Of a DNA stretch of 64,000 bases, positions 27,176 through 35,240 are shown piece by piece; position 1 is the first letter of the stretch, and each line of letters starts with the position of its first letter. Below the pieces are notes generated by a model, which saw only the letters and a list, made by a program, of their open reading frames with translations, ran no database searches and was not told where the DNA came from. The translations under genes were made by a program, and so were the position numbers. Source of the stretch: Bdellovibrionales bacterium (GTDB taxonomy: Bacteria > Bdellovibrionota > Bdellovibrionia > Bdellovibrionales > JAGQZY01); assembly GCA_043757265.1 (NCBI GenBank), contig JAYUQP010000022.1, positions 8,683 through 72,682 of the forward strand, read 5' to 3'.

Positions 27176-28794
27176 GTTTGAAAAATAAATCTCGCAGAAA
27201 ATTTTTTAATGATGCTGGTAAATTCTCTGTCGCCACAACTGGATTTTATGGGCTAGAAAGCCTTTTACAAATTCTGTTTCAACAAGCTTACGCGCGCGCT
27301 GCTGACTCCAATACCTACGACTACAACTACGTTAGTTTGATGACGCCTTCAGCTCCGCCAAGATGGTACTTTGATCAACCATTAAATCCCGACAACCAGA
27401 GTGCTAACTTTATTCCGGGTAGTTTTGGTACGGAAATTAAAAAATCAGGAAACCTGTGGCTACCTGATTACAAAAACTATAAACAACGCTTTGGCGCCGG
27501 AGACGTTTATCTGCCGCCGGTATGGAATTTAAAATCTGCGGCTGGTGAAAACTTTTCTTCACTGCTTAAAGAAATGATCATGGTTCGGGGTGTCGATATG
27601 GAAATCAATTCACACTTTCTCAATCAAGAGCGCACCGTGCGCCCATTTTCAACCTCAGCTAGTATTTCTGGACTCGTAGGAAATGCATCTTCAGCACCAA
27701 CACCCTCCATTGGCTTTACCACTTCTCGTACAACAGAGGTCTTCCGCGGAGTAGGTTCTGCAGCCGGGATTGCAGTAGCTCCTGGGAATCCGATCCCTGG
27801 AATTACCACTCCCTTCAATGTTAGCAAAGTTGTTAAGCAAGACGATCTTAATTATTCAATCAAACAAGCTCTTTCCGAAATGGATAAATACGCAAAAAAT
27901 AACAATCTTCCTTCAATCGGCGCAGAGAACAATCTGAATAAAACATACGATATGTTTGAAAGAAACTTGGCAAGTTATCAAAGCAACTACACGGCTATTT
28001 TTAATAAGTATAAAACCATACTCACCCAAGAAACCGCACTTGAAATTCCTAATGTCAGCGATAGAAGTTTACTTAATACCATAAAGCCTGCAGGAGAAGC
28101 CGTATTCGGAACAGCTCCTTCCAAAAGGCTCAATGGCTCAAATTTTAAATCGATCTATGAGGCCGGCAGTGCACCAACGCAAATTGCATCAGCATTTGCG
28201 TTTTGTGAGTTTGCACTTTCCGAAAAATTAACATCGTCGCTCACTTTGGACCTCGGCACCACAACTTATATGAATGTTGATGGCGTGGCTATGCCCTGCG
28301 ATCAGCATTATGCCGGAGCAGTGGCCTCAATCGTTTTCACCAACACATTTTATCGTTGTATTCTTGCCTGCATGTTAGAGCTGCGCAAAGCTTTGAAAGC
28401 AAAAAATATGTACGACAAAACACTCTTTCATTTCTCATCGGAGTTCAGTCGTACTCCGCAAAAAGATATGGCCGGTAGCGACCACGGCTTCAACTCTGCC
28501 TCAACCTCGTTCATCAGTGGTCGAATCACACCTGCCGGCGCCGGCTTAGTGGGTAACATTCATAAAGAGTCAGACAATGCCAACGAAAAAAGCCTCTATC
28601 CTGGAACGTGGGGAAAAAGCGCGCCAACAAAATTCAACGATGGAAAATCACGTCGCATTATTAATGATGATATCGTGAGTACGATTTGCGAAATCATGCA
28701 AGTTCCTAAAATAGGAACCAAAGGTCAGTCGCTCGTTAAAAATGACAATGGCGTTGTGTCTTTGTTAGTTAAGGAGAAAAAAAATGTGGCCTAA
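27172..28794 (+). CDS. Tat-exported DUF1501-like (sulfatase/alkaline-phosphatase superfamily) protein
   Basis: ATGA overlap with the upstream gene. The twin-arginine N-terminus is 'KSRRKFFNDAGKFSVATTG'. The C-terminal 'FSSEFSRTPQKDMAGSDHGFNSAS' matches the DUF1501 'EFGRTP...G(T/R)DHG' signature. Confidence 0.6.
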   Translation: MSLKNKSRRKFFNDAGKFSVATTGFYGLESLLQILFQQAYARAADSNTYDYNYVSLMTPSAPPRWYFDQPLNPDNQSANFIPGSFGTEIKKSGNLWLPDYKNYKQRFGAGDVYLPPVWNLKSAAGENFSSLLKEMIMVRGVDMEINSHFLNQERTVRPFSTSASISGLVGNASSAPTPSIGFTTSRTTEVFRGVGSAAGIAVAPGNPIPGITTPFNVSKVVKQDDLNYSIKQALSEMDKYAKNNNLPSIGAENNLNKTYDMFERNLASYQSNYTAIFNKYKTILTQETALEIPNVSDRSLLNTIKPAGEAVFGTAPSKRLNGSNFKSIYEAGSAPTQIASAFAFCEFALSEKLTSSLTLDLGTTTYMNVDGVAMPCDQHYAGAVASIVFTNTFYRCILACMLELRKALKAKNMYDKTLFHFSSEFSRTPQKDMAGSDHGFNSASTSFISGRITPAGAGLVGNIHKESDNANEKSLYPGTWGKSAPTKFNDGKSRRIINDDIVSTICEIMQVPKIGTKGQSLVKNDNGVVSLLVKEKKNVA

Positions 28795-29491
28795 AAAATG
28801 GATATTTTTCTCGATAATTTTTAGCTTTTCGGCAAGTCTTTTCATCTTTCAGAACTGCGCACCGCCAAGCTCTGGTTTTGGCACCATGAATCAAGGGAGC
28901 CTAGACCTCCCCGACGAAGAGGATCCCGTAGACCCACCAAATAAAGTGGAGAAAGCCGAAGTTTCAGCGCAAAATGCCAACAAAGTTCTGACATCGAATA
29001 TCTTGCTCTCGGTGTTTGGTCCCACTGCAAAAAATATTATCATGACTTATATTTCTAACAACACGGCTGATTTTGGAGCCGCAAATTCGATTTACGATCG
29101 GAATATAAAAGCAGATTGCACCACCAATAGCGCTCCTGGCGTTGTGTGCAGCACATCCACTCCCCTCGCTTTACAAACATCCTCAAATGTGGGGCTCAAT
29201 ATTCGGCGCGAGGGCTGGCGCTTACAAGCCTGTCATGAGATCACTAAAAGAACAGATGCACTTCGAGCAGCATTTCAGAAAATAAATACGAATCAATCAA
29301 CTGCGACCCCGCAAGTTACGGCAGTGACGGTCAACAAAGCTTTTTCACTGTTTTACATCGGAAAAATAACCCCCCCCGGAGCGGTCACCGACTCTCTTCG
29401 CATTATCGCGCAAGATGAGAGTGCGACAATTGAGCAGTGGCGAGATATTCTTCTAACTCTTTGTTTGAGCCCTCACTGGCAGGTGCTTTGA
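28784..29491 (+). CDS. lipoprotein, hypothetical (FQNC lipobox)
   Basis: AAGGAG RBS at 28771. The N-terminus is MWPKKWIFFSIIFSFSASLFIFQN/CAPP. Overlaps the upstream gene by 11 nt. Confidence 0.5.
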   Translation: MWPKKWIFFSIIFSFSASLFIFQNCAPPSSGFGTMNQGSLDLPDEEDPVDPPNKVEKAEVSAQNANKVLTSNILLSVFGPTAKNIIMTYISNNTADFGAANSIYDRNIKADCTTNSAPGVVCSTSTPLALQTSSNVGLNIRREGWRLQACHEITKRTDALRAAFQKINTNQSTATPQVTAVTVNKAFSLFYIGKITPPGAVTDSLRIIAQDESATIEQWRDILLTLCLSPHWQVL

Positions 29492-30081
29492 TGCTGATAC
29501 TTCTATTGAGTTGCTTTTTCACTGCGATAGCTCACGGGCAAACCTCGCCTTACAAAATCATCTCGCTTTATCAAAAAGACGCACTTCTCACCGAAAGATT
29601 TTTGCCATTTCAGATTTTAAATCTCAATAACGAACCGGTGGTGATCGAATCCGTCAGTGCCGCAAGTCCCTGCTACGCCATGGTGGACCCGCATCGCGCG
29701 CACATCGCTCTTTTTTACTGCACAGAACAAACTTTGAGCTCTTTTTCTTTAAACGTTCGTGATCGCGGCCAACTTCAAATATTTAAAACACCCGAATTTA
29801 ACATTCAAAAACTTGCCATTTTGAGCTCCACTCCAGACCCCGATAAACCAAAAGAGCCGGATTCTCCAGGGAAGACTTTGTACAACACAAACTGCGCTAG
29901 TTGCCACAATTCTTCCAATCGAATGGTTGAGACCACAACAGTAACCCATTTAAAAAACCTCTTTGCTGGACGGGTAAATGATGATCAAGGGAACCCTATT
30001 GTTTCGATGACCAAATTTAATAATCTGTTCGGTGACAAACAGCTGAATGACCTCGTTAAATATATTAATGAGGAGCTGTAG
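29491..30081 (+). CDS. secreted protein with C-terminal mono-heme c-type cytochrome domain
   Basis: Start taken at the ATG overlapping the upstream TGA (TGATG), giving MLILLLSCFFTAIAHG/Q. 'GKTLYNTNCASCHNSSN...IVSMTKF...LNDLVKYINEEL' gives CxxCH plus a distal Met, a class I cytochrome c layout. Confidence 0.55.
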   Translation: MLILLLSCFFTAIAHGQTSPYKIISLYQKDALLTERFLPFQILNLNNEPVVIESVSAASPCYAMVDPHRAHIALFYCTEQTLSSFSLNVRDRGQLQIFKTPEFNIQKLAILSSTPDPDKPKEPDSPGKTLYNTNCASCHNSSNRMVETTTVTHLKNLFAGRVNDDQGNPIVSMTKFNNLFGDKQLNDLVKYINEEL

Positions 30082-30082
30082 A

Positions 30083-30544
30083 ATGAAAAAATTTATACCT
30101 CTTGTAATTCTCATTTGCGCGCTTTCGGCGATTCTTTTTTTCCAAAACTGTTCGGGATCTAAGCATTCAATAACATCAGGAGAAAAGGTTAGTTTGAGTA
30201 GTATTTATCCCTACTATGAACAAAAACCAGAATTTTTTGAAAATATTCAACTTACTACCGCCTTCGAAGATAACGGAATATGGAAGTATCAGTTTGTTGC
30301 AAGCGTGGTTTATGTGGACGTTCCAGGTGAGGAGATCGATGTTGAGATTCGTATTTACGATCAAAACCAGAATGTACTTTGCCCGCGAAGAACTGCCCGT
30401 GTCAAAAACACCAACAATCACATCTTGATTCCCGACTGCCAAAGCTCGCAAAAAGCAACCTTGGCACGAATAGAAATCTTTGCAAAATTAGCAGTGGCGA
30501 CGCCTCTTAAAAAAATCAGCAGCTACACTTTTGTTTTGAAATAA
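30083..30544 (+). CDS. lipoprotein, hypothetical (FQNC lipobox)
   Basis: AGGAG RBS at 30071. The ATG at 30083 gives MKKFIPLVILICALSAILFFQN/CSGSK. It starts 1 nt after the upstream stop. Confidence 0.5.
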   Translation: MKKFIPLVILICALSAILFFQNCSGSKHSITSGEKVSLSSIYPYYEQKPEFFENIQLTTAFEDNGIWKYQFVASVVYVDVPGEEIDVEIRIYDQNQNVLCPRRTARVKNTNNHILIPDCQSSQKATLARIEIFAKLAVATPLKKISSYTFVLK

Positions 30545-30574
30545 GGTGTCAGATCCCTTATAGTTTCGGCATCT

Positions 30575-31852
30575 ATGATCTTCTATTTTTTCCTCCCCAT
30601 ATGGTTCACAGTTTCTTGTGTTGCAGCACCACCGGTTGTTCCCCTGAAGCCCGAGATGAAATCGGTTTATCTAACGTGGAACTCGCCCGATACATCCTCT
30701 CATATAGCAATCAACGTACTTACGTTGCAAAAGGCCACATCTGTCGAAATTAAATTGGCTGACAAATTGGCTGACAAATTGGACGACCGATTGGACGACC
30801 GATTGGACGACCGATTGGCTGACCATTTGGCTGACAAAATCGAAAAACAACCTCGTCACAAAGATCTCAAAGGGACACCATTTCATCTCTACACTTTCGA
30901 ACTCAAAAACTTAGCACCCCAAACGCTTTATGCATTTGAAATCTTAATCGACGGGCAGTCAGTAAAAACGCCTTACAAATTTAAAACGCTGCCCAATGAC
31001 AACACGCCCATTGAATTTGTAAGCGGCGGTGACTTAAGCCCGCACGAAGATGTGGCAACGATCGCTAAGCAGGCTATAACAACGAATACAATGGCTCTTT
31101 TTTTAGGTGGTGATTTAGCCTACGAGGACGGCAATATTAAGCGCTTCGAATTATGGTTAAAACTTTGGGATTACCTCAATCAAGCAATGCTCTCACCCGA
31201 TGGGCGATTAGTTCCTCTGGTGGTAGCGATTGGCAATCATGAAACTAATAATTTGAAGACTGTTAATCTTGAAGAAAAAGCGCCGTTTTATTATTTATTT
31301 TTTGAACAAAACGAAAAACTCACCTACTTTCAACGAAATTTTGGGAAACACACCACACTTCTGACATTGGATTCCGGACATTTTGCTGAGCATGATAAAC
31401 AACAGGAAGAATGGCTTAAAACCGAACTGCAAAAGGAAGTGAACAAGCCGCACTTAATTGGTCTTTATCACGTTCCACTCTATCCATCGTTCCGTCCCTA
31501 TGACGACAAACGATCGGTAAAAGGTCGAAAGGCCTGGCTTTCGCATTTTGATAAGTTTCATCTCGATGTTGCTCTGGAAAATCATGATCATGCTCTAAAG
31601 CGCAGTCAGCTCCTAAAAGGCAATAAAGTGGTTTCAAAAGATGGTACAATCTACGTGGGCGATGGCGCATGGGGTGTGGCCCCTCGCCCCGCCGCGCCAG
31701 ATCGCTGGTACTTGCAGATTGTAAAGGTTGAAAAGCATCTTTGGCGAATAAACGCGTCACCGAAAAAATTAAGTTTTCAAGCGATCAATAAAATGGGACA
31801 AGTTCTCGATTCATTTACTCTTAAAAACGGAAGCGTACTCACCTATGAATAA
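30575..31852 (+). CDS. metallophosphoesterase (purple-acid-phosphatase-like), lipoprotein-type N-terminus
   Basis: Calcineurin-like motifs 'GGDLAYEDGN', 'AIGNHETN', 'YHVPLYPS' and 'LENHDHALKRS'. The N-terminal PAP-type beta-sandwich ('VYLTWNSPDTSSHIAINV') is interrupted by a LADK/LDDR repeat. Confidence 0.8.
   Translation: MIFYFFLPIWFTVSCVAAPPVVPLKPEMKSVYLTWNSPDTSSHIAINVLTLQKATSVEIKLADKLADKLDDRLDDRLDDRLADHLADKIEKQPRHKDLKGTPFHLYTFELKNLAPQTLYAFEILIDGQSVKTPYKFKTLPNDNTPIEFVSGGDLSPHEDVATIAKQAITTNTMALFLGGDLAYEDGNIKRFELWLKLWDYLNQAMLSPDGRLVPLVVAIGNHETNNLKTVNLEEKAPFYYLFFEQNEKLTYFQRNFGKHTTLLTLDSGHFAEHDKQQEEWLKTELQKEVNKPHLIGLYHVPLYPSFRPYDDKRSVKGRKAWLSHFDKFHLDVALENHDHALKRSQLLKGNKVVSKDGTIYVGDGAWGVAPRPAAPDRWYLQIVKVEKHLWRINASPKKLSFQAINKMGQVLDSFTLKNGSVLTYE
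30755..30838 (+). repeat. in-frame 12-bp tandem repeat, 7 units
   Basis: Units are ttggctgacaaa x2, ttggacgaccga x3, ttggctgaccat and ttggctgacaaa. They encode LADKLADKLDDRLDDRLDDRLADHLADK. Confidence 0.95.
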
Positions 31853-32891
31853 TATAATGACGAACAATAAAACGACTTTTATGCAGGCTTTTGGCTTTAC
31901 GTTCTTTTTGAGTTTTCTCGGTTTGCTCCTTGCCGGATACTTGGGATTCTTGGAAGGCCACAGTTATACAAATGCATTGCATTTTATGCTCATTGCCGGC
32001 GTTTTGGCTATTCTCGAAATTACCATTTCTTTTGATAACGCTGTCATCGACGCATCCATCGTAAAGCAGATGACTCCCCTGTGGCAAAAACGCTTCCTTA
32101 CTTGGGGAATATTTATCGCGGTGTTTGGAATGCGACTTGTGTTCCCTATCATCATTGTATCCGTCGCGGCTATGGTGACTCCCTGGGAGGCAATAAAGCT
32201 GGCGATCTTCGAGCAAAAGCAGTACGCGCAGATCATGCAGTCCATTCATCACCAGGTGGCGGCTTTTGGTGGAACCTTCCTTGCTTTAGTCAGTCTTAGT
32301 TATTTCATAAACCACGAGAAGGACACTCACTGGGTGGCTCCAGTGGAGAAATTTTTAAGTCGACTGGGTGCACTCAAGTCCACCGAAGTGGGTCTCATTT
32401 TGCTATTTTTATGGTGGTTTTCGGGAACGCTCCCGGTCGAAGAGGGATTCCCTGTTTTTAAAGCCGGCGTTGCGGGCGTACTTACATTTTTAGGTGTAAA
32501 ATTGATCGGCGATATCTTAAGTGTTCCAGAAGGTAACCAAGTGAATCTTGAACGTCACAGCTTGGGGCTATTTTTGTACGTTGAGGTGCTCGACGCTTCT
32601 TTCAGTTTCGATGGAGTGATCGCGGCTTTCGCCATCACCACAAATCCGTTTTTAATTGCAATTGGTCTTGGGACTGGGGCGCTGTTCATGCGGAGCTTTA
32701 TTATTCTTATGGTAAAACAAGGAACGCTTCAGGCTTATAAATATCTCGAACATGGTGCCTTTTGGGCCATTGGCTTATTAGCCGCCATGATGTTTATTGG
32801 TATTCACGTACACGTGTCCGAAGTCATCACTGGTGGGGCCGGCCTTTTAATCATAGGCTCGGCCTTTGTACACAGTCTTCGCAAAGCGTAA
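31845..32891 (+). CDS. DUF475 (TerC-related) integral membrane protein
   Basis: 348 aa and polytopic. 'LEITISFDNAVIDASIV' and 'LDASFSFDGVIAAFAITTNPFLIAIGLG' are characteristic DUF475 motifs. Overlaps the upstream gene by 8 nt. Confidence 0.75.
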   Translation: MNNIMTNNKTTFMQAFGFTFFLSFLGLLLAGYLGFLEGHSYTNALHFMLIAGVLAILEITISFDNAVIDASIVKQMTPLWQKRFLTWGIFIAVFGMRLVFPIIIVSVAAMVTPWEAIKLAIFEQKQYAQIMQSIHHQVAAFGGTFLALVSLSYFINHEKDTHWVAPVEKFLSRLGALKSTEVGLILLFLWWFSGTLPVEEGFPVFKAGVAGVLTFLGVKLIGDILSVPEGNQVNLERHSLGLFLYVEVLDASFSFDGVIAAFAITTNPFLIAIGLGTGALFMRSFIILMVKQGTLQAYKYLEHGAFWAIGLLAAMMFIGIHVHVSEVITGGAGLLIIGSAFVHSLRKA

Positions 32892-32896
32892 GCTGC

Positions 32897-32969
32897 CGGT
32901 TAATCTAGCTGACGCCTTTTACCGTCGGCCTTCTCCTCGGCTAATCTAGCTGACGCCTTTTACCTTCGG
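32897..32969. repeat. two 32-bp direct repeats (2 mismatches), 41-bp period, in a convergent intergenic region
   Basis: Copy 1 is cggttaatctagctgacgccttttaccgtcgg (32897-32928) and copy 2 is cggctaatctagctgacgccttttaccttcgg (32938-32969). Confidence 0.85.
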
Positions 32970-32993
32970 TTTTACCAATGAACGCCGCCTCGG

Positions 32994-33406
32994 CTACCCA
33001 ATGACGAAGGCTTGTGCGGCGGAATTTACTACGGCTGCTATGCGAATCGACGACTGGATAGTCTCCGAGGTCGCACCGGCTTTTCTCAACTCATGAACGT
33101 GGGCCACGATACACTTTCCACATCCTTCGATGGCCGAAATCGCCAGCGATAACAATTCAAAGTCAACTTTTGCAATTCCAGGTTTGCCAATAAAATTCAT
33201 ACGTAATCGCGCGGGCATTTTTGAAAACTCAGCCGCCGCAGCTTCGTCGTCTTCGAGCAGATTGCATAAGCGCTAGCCAAAGCAAGGGCTGTGATTTGCA
33301 TCTCCGATAAGCCAGGGGCTCCTTCTTCGGATAACACACTGTCCAGATTCAACCTTACATCTTTAGCGTAATCTTTTATTTGCGATTTTAAATTTTCTAA
33401 ATTCAT
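32994..33406 (-). pseudogene. ahpD: alkylhydroperoxidase AhpD (carboxymuconolactone decarboxylase family), frameshifted and apparently internally shortened
   Basis: Two abutting ORFs. The N-terminal part is 'MNLENLKSQIKDYAKDVRLNLDSVL...ALALASAYA'. The C-terminal part is 'MPARLRMNFIGKPGIAKVDFELLSLAISAIEGCGKCIVAHVHELRKAG', with the AhpD CxxC active site. The frames differ, and adding one A to 'gcaatc' near 33260 would fuse them. The fused length would be ~137 aa against ~175 aa typical. Confidence 0.6.
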
Positions 33407-33420
33407 ATTGGTCCTTTATT

Positions 33421-33456
33421 TAAAAAATTAAGTTTGATCGGTGTCACCGATCAAAC
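33421..33456 (-). terminator. stem-loop between ahpC and ahpD (terminator/attenuator-like)
   Basis: Near-perfect palindrome gtttgatcggtgtcaccgatcaaac (33432-33456). On the minus strand it is followed by TTAATTTTTT. Confidence 0.4.
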
Positions 33457-33530
33457 CATTTAAGTACAAACGTTTAAAAATTTGCGTTTACTGACTAAAC
33501 GATAAAAGAACGACCACTCTATATGGCTAT

Positions 33531-34067
33531 CTATGCGTTGATAGTCTCTTGACCCTTTTCCCAGTTGCATGGACAAAGCTCATCCGTTTGTAGACCATCT
33601 AAAATACGCAGCACCTCTTTTGGGTTACGTCCCACGCTCAAATCGGTCACGTAAACAAAACGAATTATTCCCTGTGGATCCACGATGAAAGTGGCTCTCT
33701 GTGCGACTCCCTCGTTTTCGTCAATGATACCGAGGGCTGTTGAAAGCTCTCGTTTGATATCCGACAACATTGGGAATGGAAGGTTGTTTAAATCCTTGTG
33801 GTTTTGTCGCCACGCCAAATGCACGAATTCCGAATCTACACTTGCGGTTAACACTTGCGCATCACGATCACGAAATTGACCGTTAAGGTCCCCAAAACCT
33901 TTAATTTCAGTGGGGCATACAAATGTAAAATCCTTGGGGTAAAAAAACAATACTAACCACTTTCCCTTGAACGTGTCTTGATTGATGTCCAAAAATGCAG
34001 TTTTGGCGTCGTTTGAAACCACTGCCTTAAGTTGGAATGGGGGTAATTTCTTTCCTACACTTAACAT
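33531..34067 (-). CDS. ahpC: peroxiredoxin (alkyl hydroperoxide reductase C, AhpC/TSA family)
   Basis: 178 aa. 'WLVLFFYPKDFTFVCPTEI' holds the peroxidatic Cys motif and the C-terminal 'ELCPCNW' the resolving Cys region. ahpD lies downstream and oxyR is divergent. Confidence 0.9.
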   Translation of the reverse strand: MLSVGKKLPPFQLKAVVSNDAKTAFLDINQDTFKGKWLVLFFYPKDFTFVCPTEIKGFGDLNGQFRDRDAQVLTASVDSEFVHLAWRQNHKDLNNLPFPMLSDIKRELSTALGIIDENEGVAQRATFIVDPQGIIRFVYVTDLSVGRNPKEVLRILDGLQTDELCPCNWEKGQETINA

Positions 34068-34159
34068 TAATATCTCCTTTGTGCTGATTGACTCTCATGA
34101 CTTAGCAGCAAATTACTTGATCTTGCGGACTATGGCCAAGACAACCTTTCGATAGAGCG

Positions 34160-34174
34160 ATAGGAAAAAACTAT
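34160..34174. promoter_or_regulatory. putative OxyR/LysR-type half-site (ATAG-N7-CTAT) in the ahpC-oxyR divergent intergenic region
   Basis: 'ATAGgaaaaaaCTAT' matches the ATAGnTnnnAnCTAT OxyR half-site spacing and the T-N11-A LTTR box. The second half-site is poor. Confidence 0.4.
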
Positions 34175-34206
34175 CATTTGGCGAGAAAATAAGCTATTTT
34201 TAGCAA

Positions 34207-35160
34207 ATGGCAACTATCACCCAAATTCACTACATCGTCACGGTCGAGCGACTCAAACATTTTGGCAAGGCTGCCGAGGCCTGTCATGTTTCGCAACCCA
34301 GCCTCAGTGCACAGATCCATAAAGTCGAAGAGGAGATTGGCTTTCCCATTTTCGACCGCAATAAAAAGCCCATAGCCGTCACCAGCCGTGGAGTGAGTTT
34401 TATCGAGCAGGCAAAAACCGTCCTGCGCGAGCATACCAAACTGCTAACGATCTCAAAACATTCACAAACCGAATTGATGGGCCCTATCAGTTTAGGAATT
34501 ATTCCTACCGTAAGCCCATACATAACTCCATATTTTCTTGGTCATTTCGCCAAAAAATATCCTAAAATTCAATTGCAAATTGAAGAGTTAAAAACCGAAA
34601 ATATTTTACGTGCATTAAAAAACAATGAGCTCGATGTAGGGCTTTTAGCAACTCCGTTAAAGGAACCGCAACTCATCGAGAAACCAATCTACTACGAAGA
34701 TTTTATGGTTTACATAAATGCCTCACACCCGCTGAGCAAAAAGAAAATCGTTAATGAACATGATCTTGACGGAAGCGATCTGTGGCTTCTTGAAGATGGA
34801 CATTGCTTTCGAAATCAAATTGTTAAGCTCTGCACCTTAAATAAGGAAGCTCCAGTTTTTAAAAATATCTTTTTTCAAAGTGGCAATCTCGACACACTTC
34901 GGCTGCTTGTAAAAAACAACGGCGGCTACACAATTTTGCCTTCTTCTTTGGTGAAGACTCTCTCCGCCGACGAAGTTCGCAAACATATTCGCCCTTTCAC
35001 CAATCCCGTACCAACCCGCGAAATAAGTTTAGTTTATTATAAGACTCAATGGAAAACAGACCTTATCTCAGCCCTAGCTCTATCAATTTTTGAAAACTTA
35101 CCAGAAAATTTACAACGCAAAATCACCGACAAAAAAAATAACGTTCTAGATCTGGAATAA
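34207..35160 (+). CDS. oxyR: LysR-family hydrogen-peroxide-sensing regulator OxyR
   Basis: N-terminal wHTH 'IHYIVTVERLKHFGKAAEACHVSQPSLSAQI'. 'LLEDGHCFRNQIVKLC' reproduces the OxyR redox pair (C199/C208-type spacing of 9). Divergent from ahpC. Confidence 0.85.
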   Translation: MATITQIHYIVTVERLKHFGKAAEACHVSQPSLSAQIHKVEEEIGFPIFDRNKKPIAVTSRGVSFIEQAKTVLREHTKLLTISKHSQTELMGPISLGIIPTVSPYITPYFLGHFAKKYPKIQLQIEELKTENILRALKNNELDVGLLATPLKEPQLIEKPIYYEDFMVYINASHPLSKKKIVNEHDLDGSDLWLLEDGHCFRNQIVKLCTLNKEAPVFKNIFFQSGNLDTLRLLVKNNGGYTILPSSLVKTLSADEVRKHIRPFTNPVPTREISLVYYKTQWKTDLISALALSIFENLPENLQRKITDKKNNVLDLE

Positions 35161-35240
35161 CGGTAAAAGTCAGGACCTCTGGCGAGGTTCTTTACGCGAG
35201 AACAATTGGATTCCCCGCCGAGCCTGGATATAATGTTCTT

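Noticed and set aside
31839-32252. Antisense ORFs of 137 aa and 93 aa opposite the DUF475 gene
   Set aside because: They are fully embedded antisense to a well-supported membrane protein gene, with Cys/His/Arg-rich composition typical of shadow ORFs.
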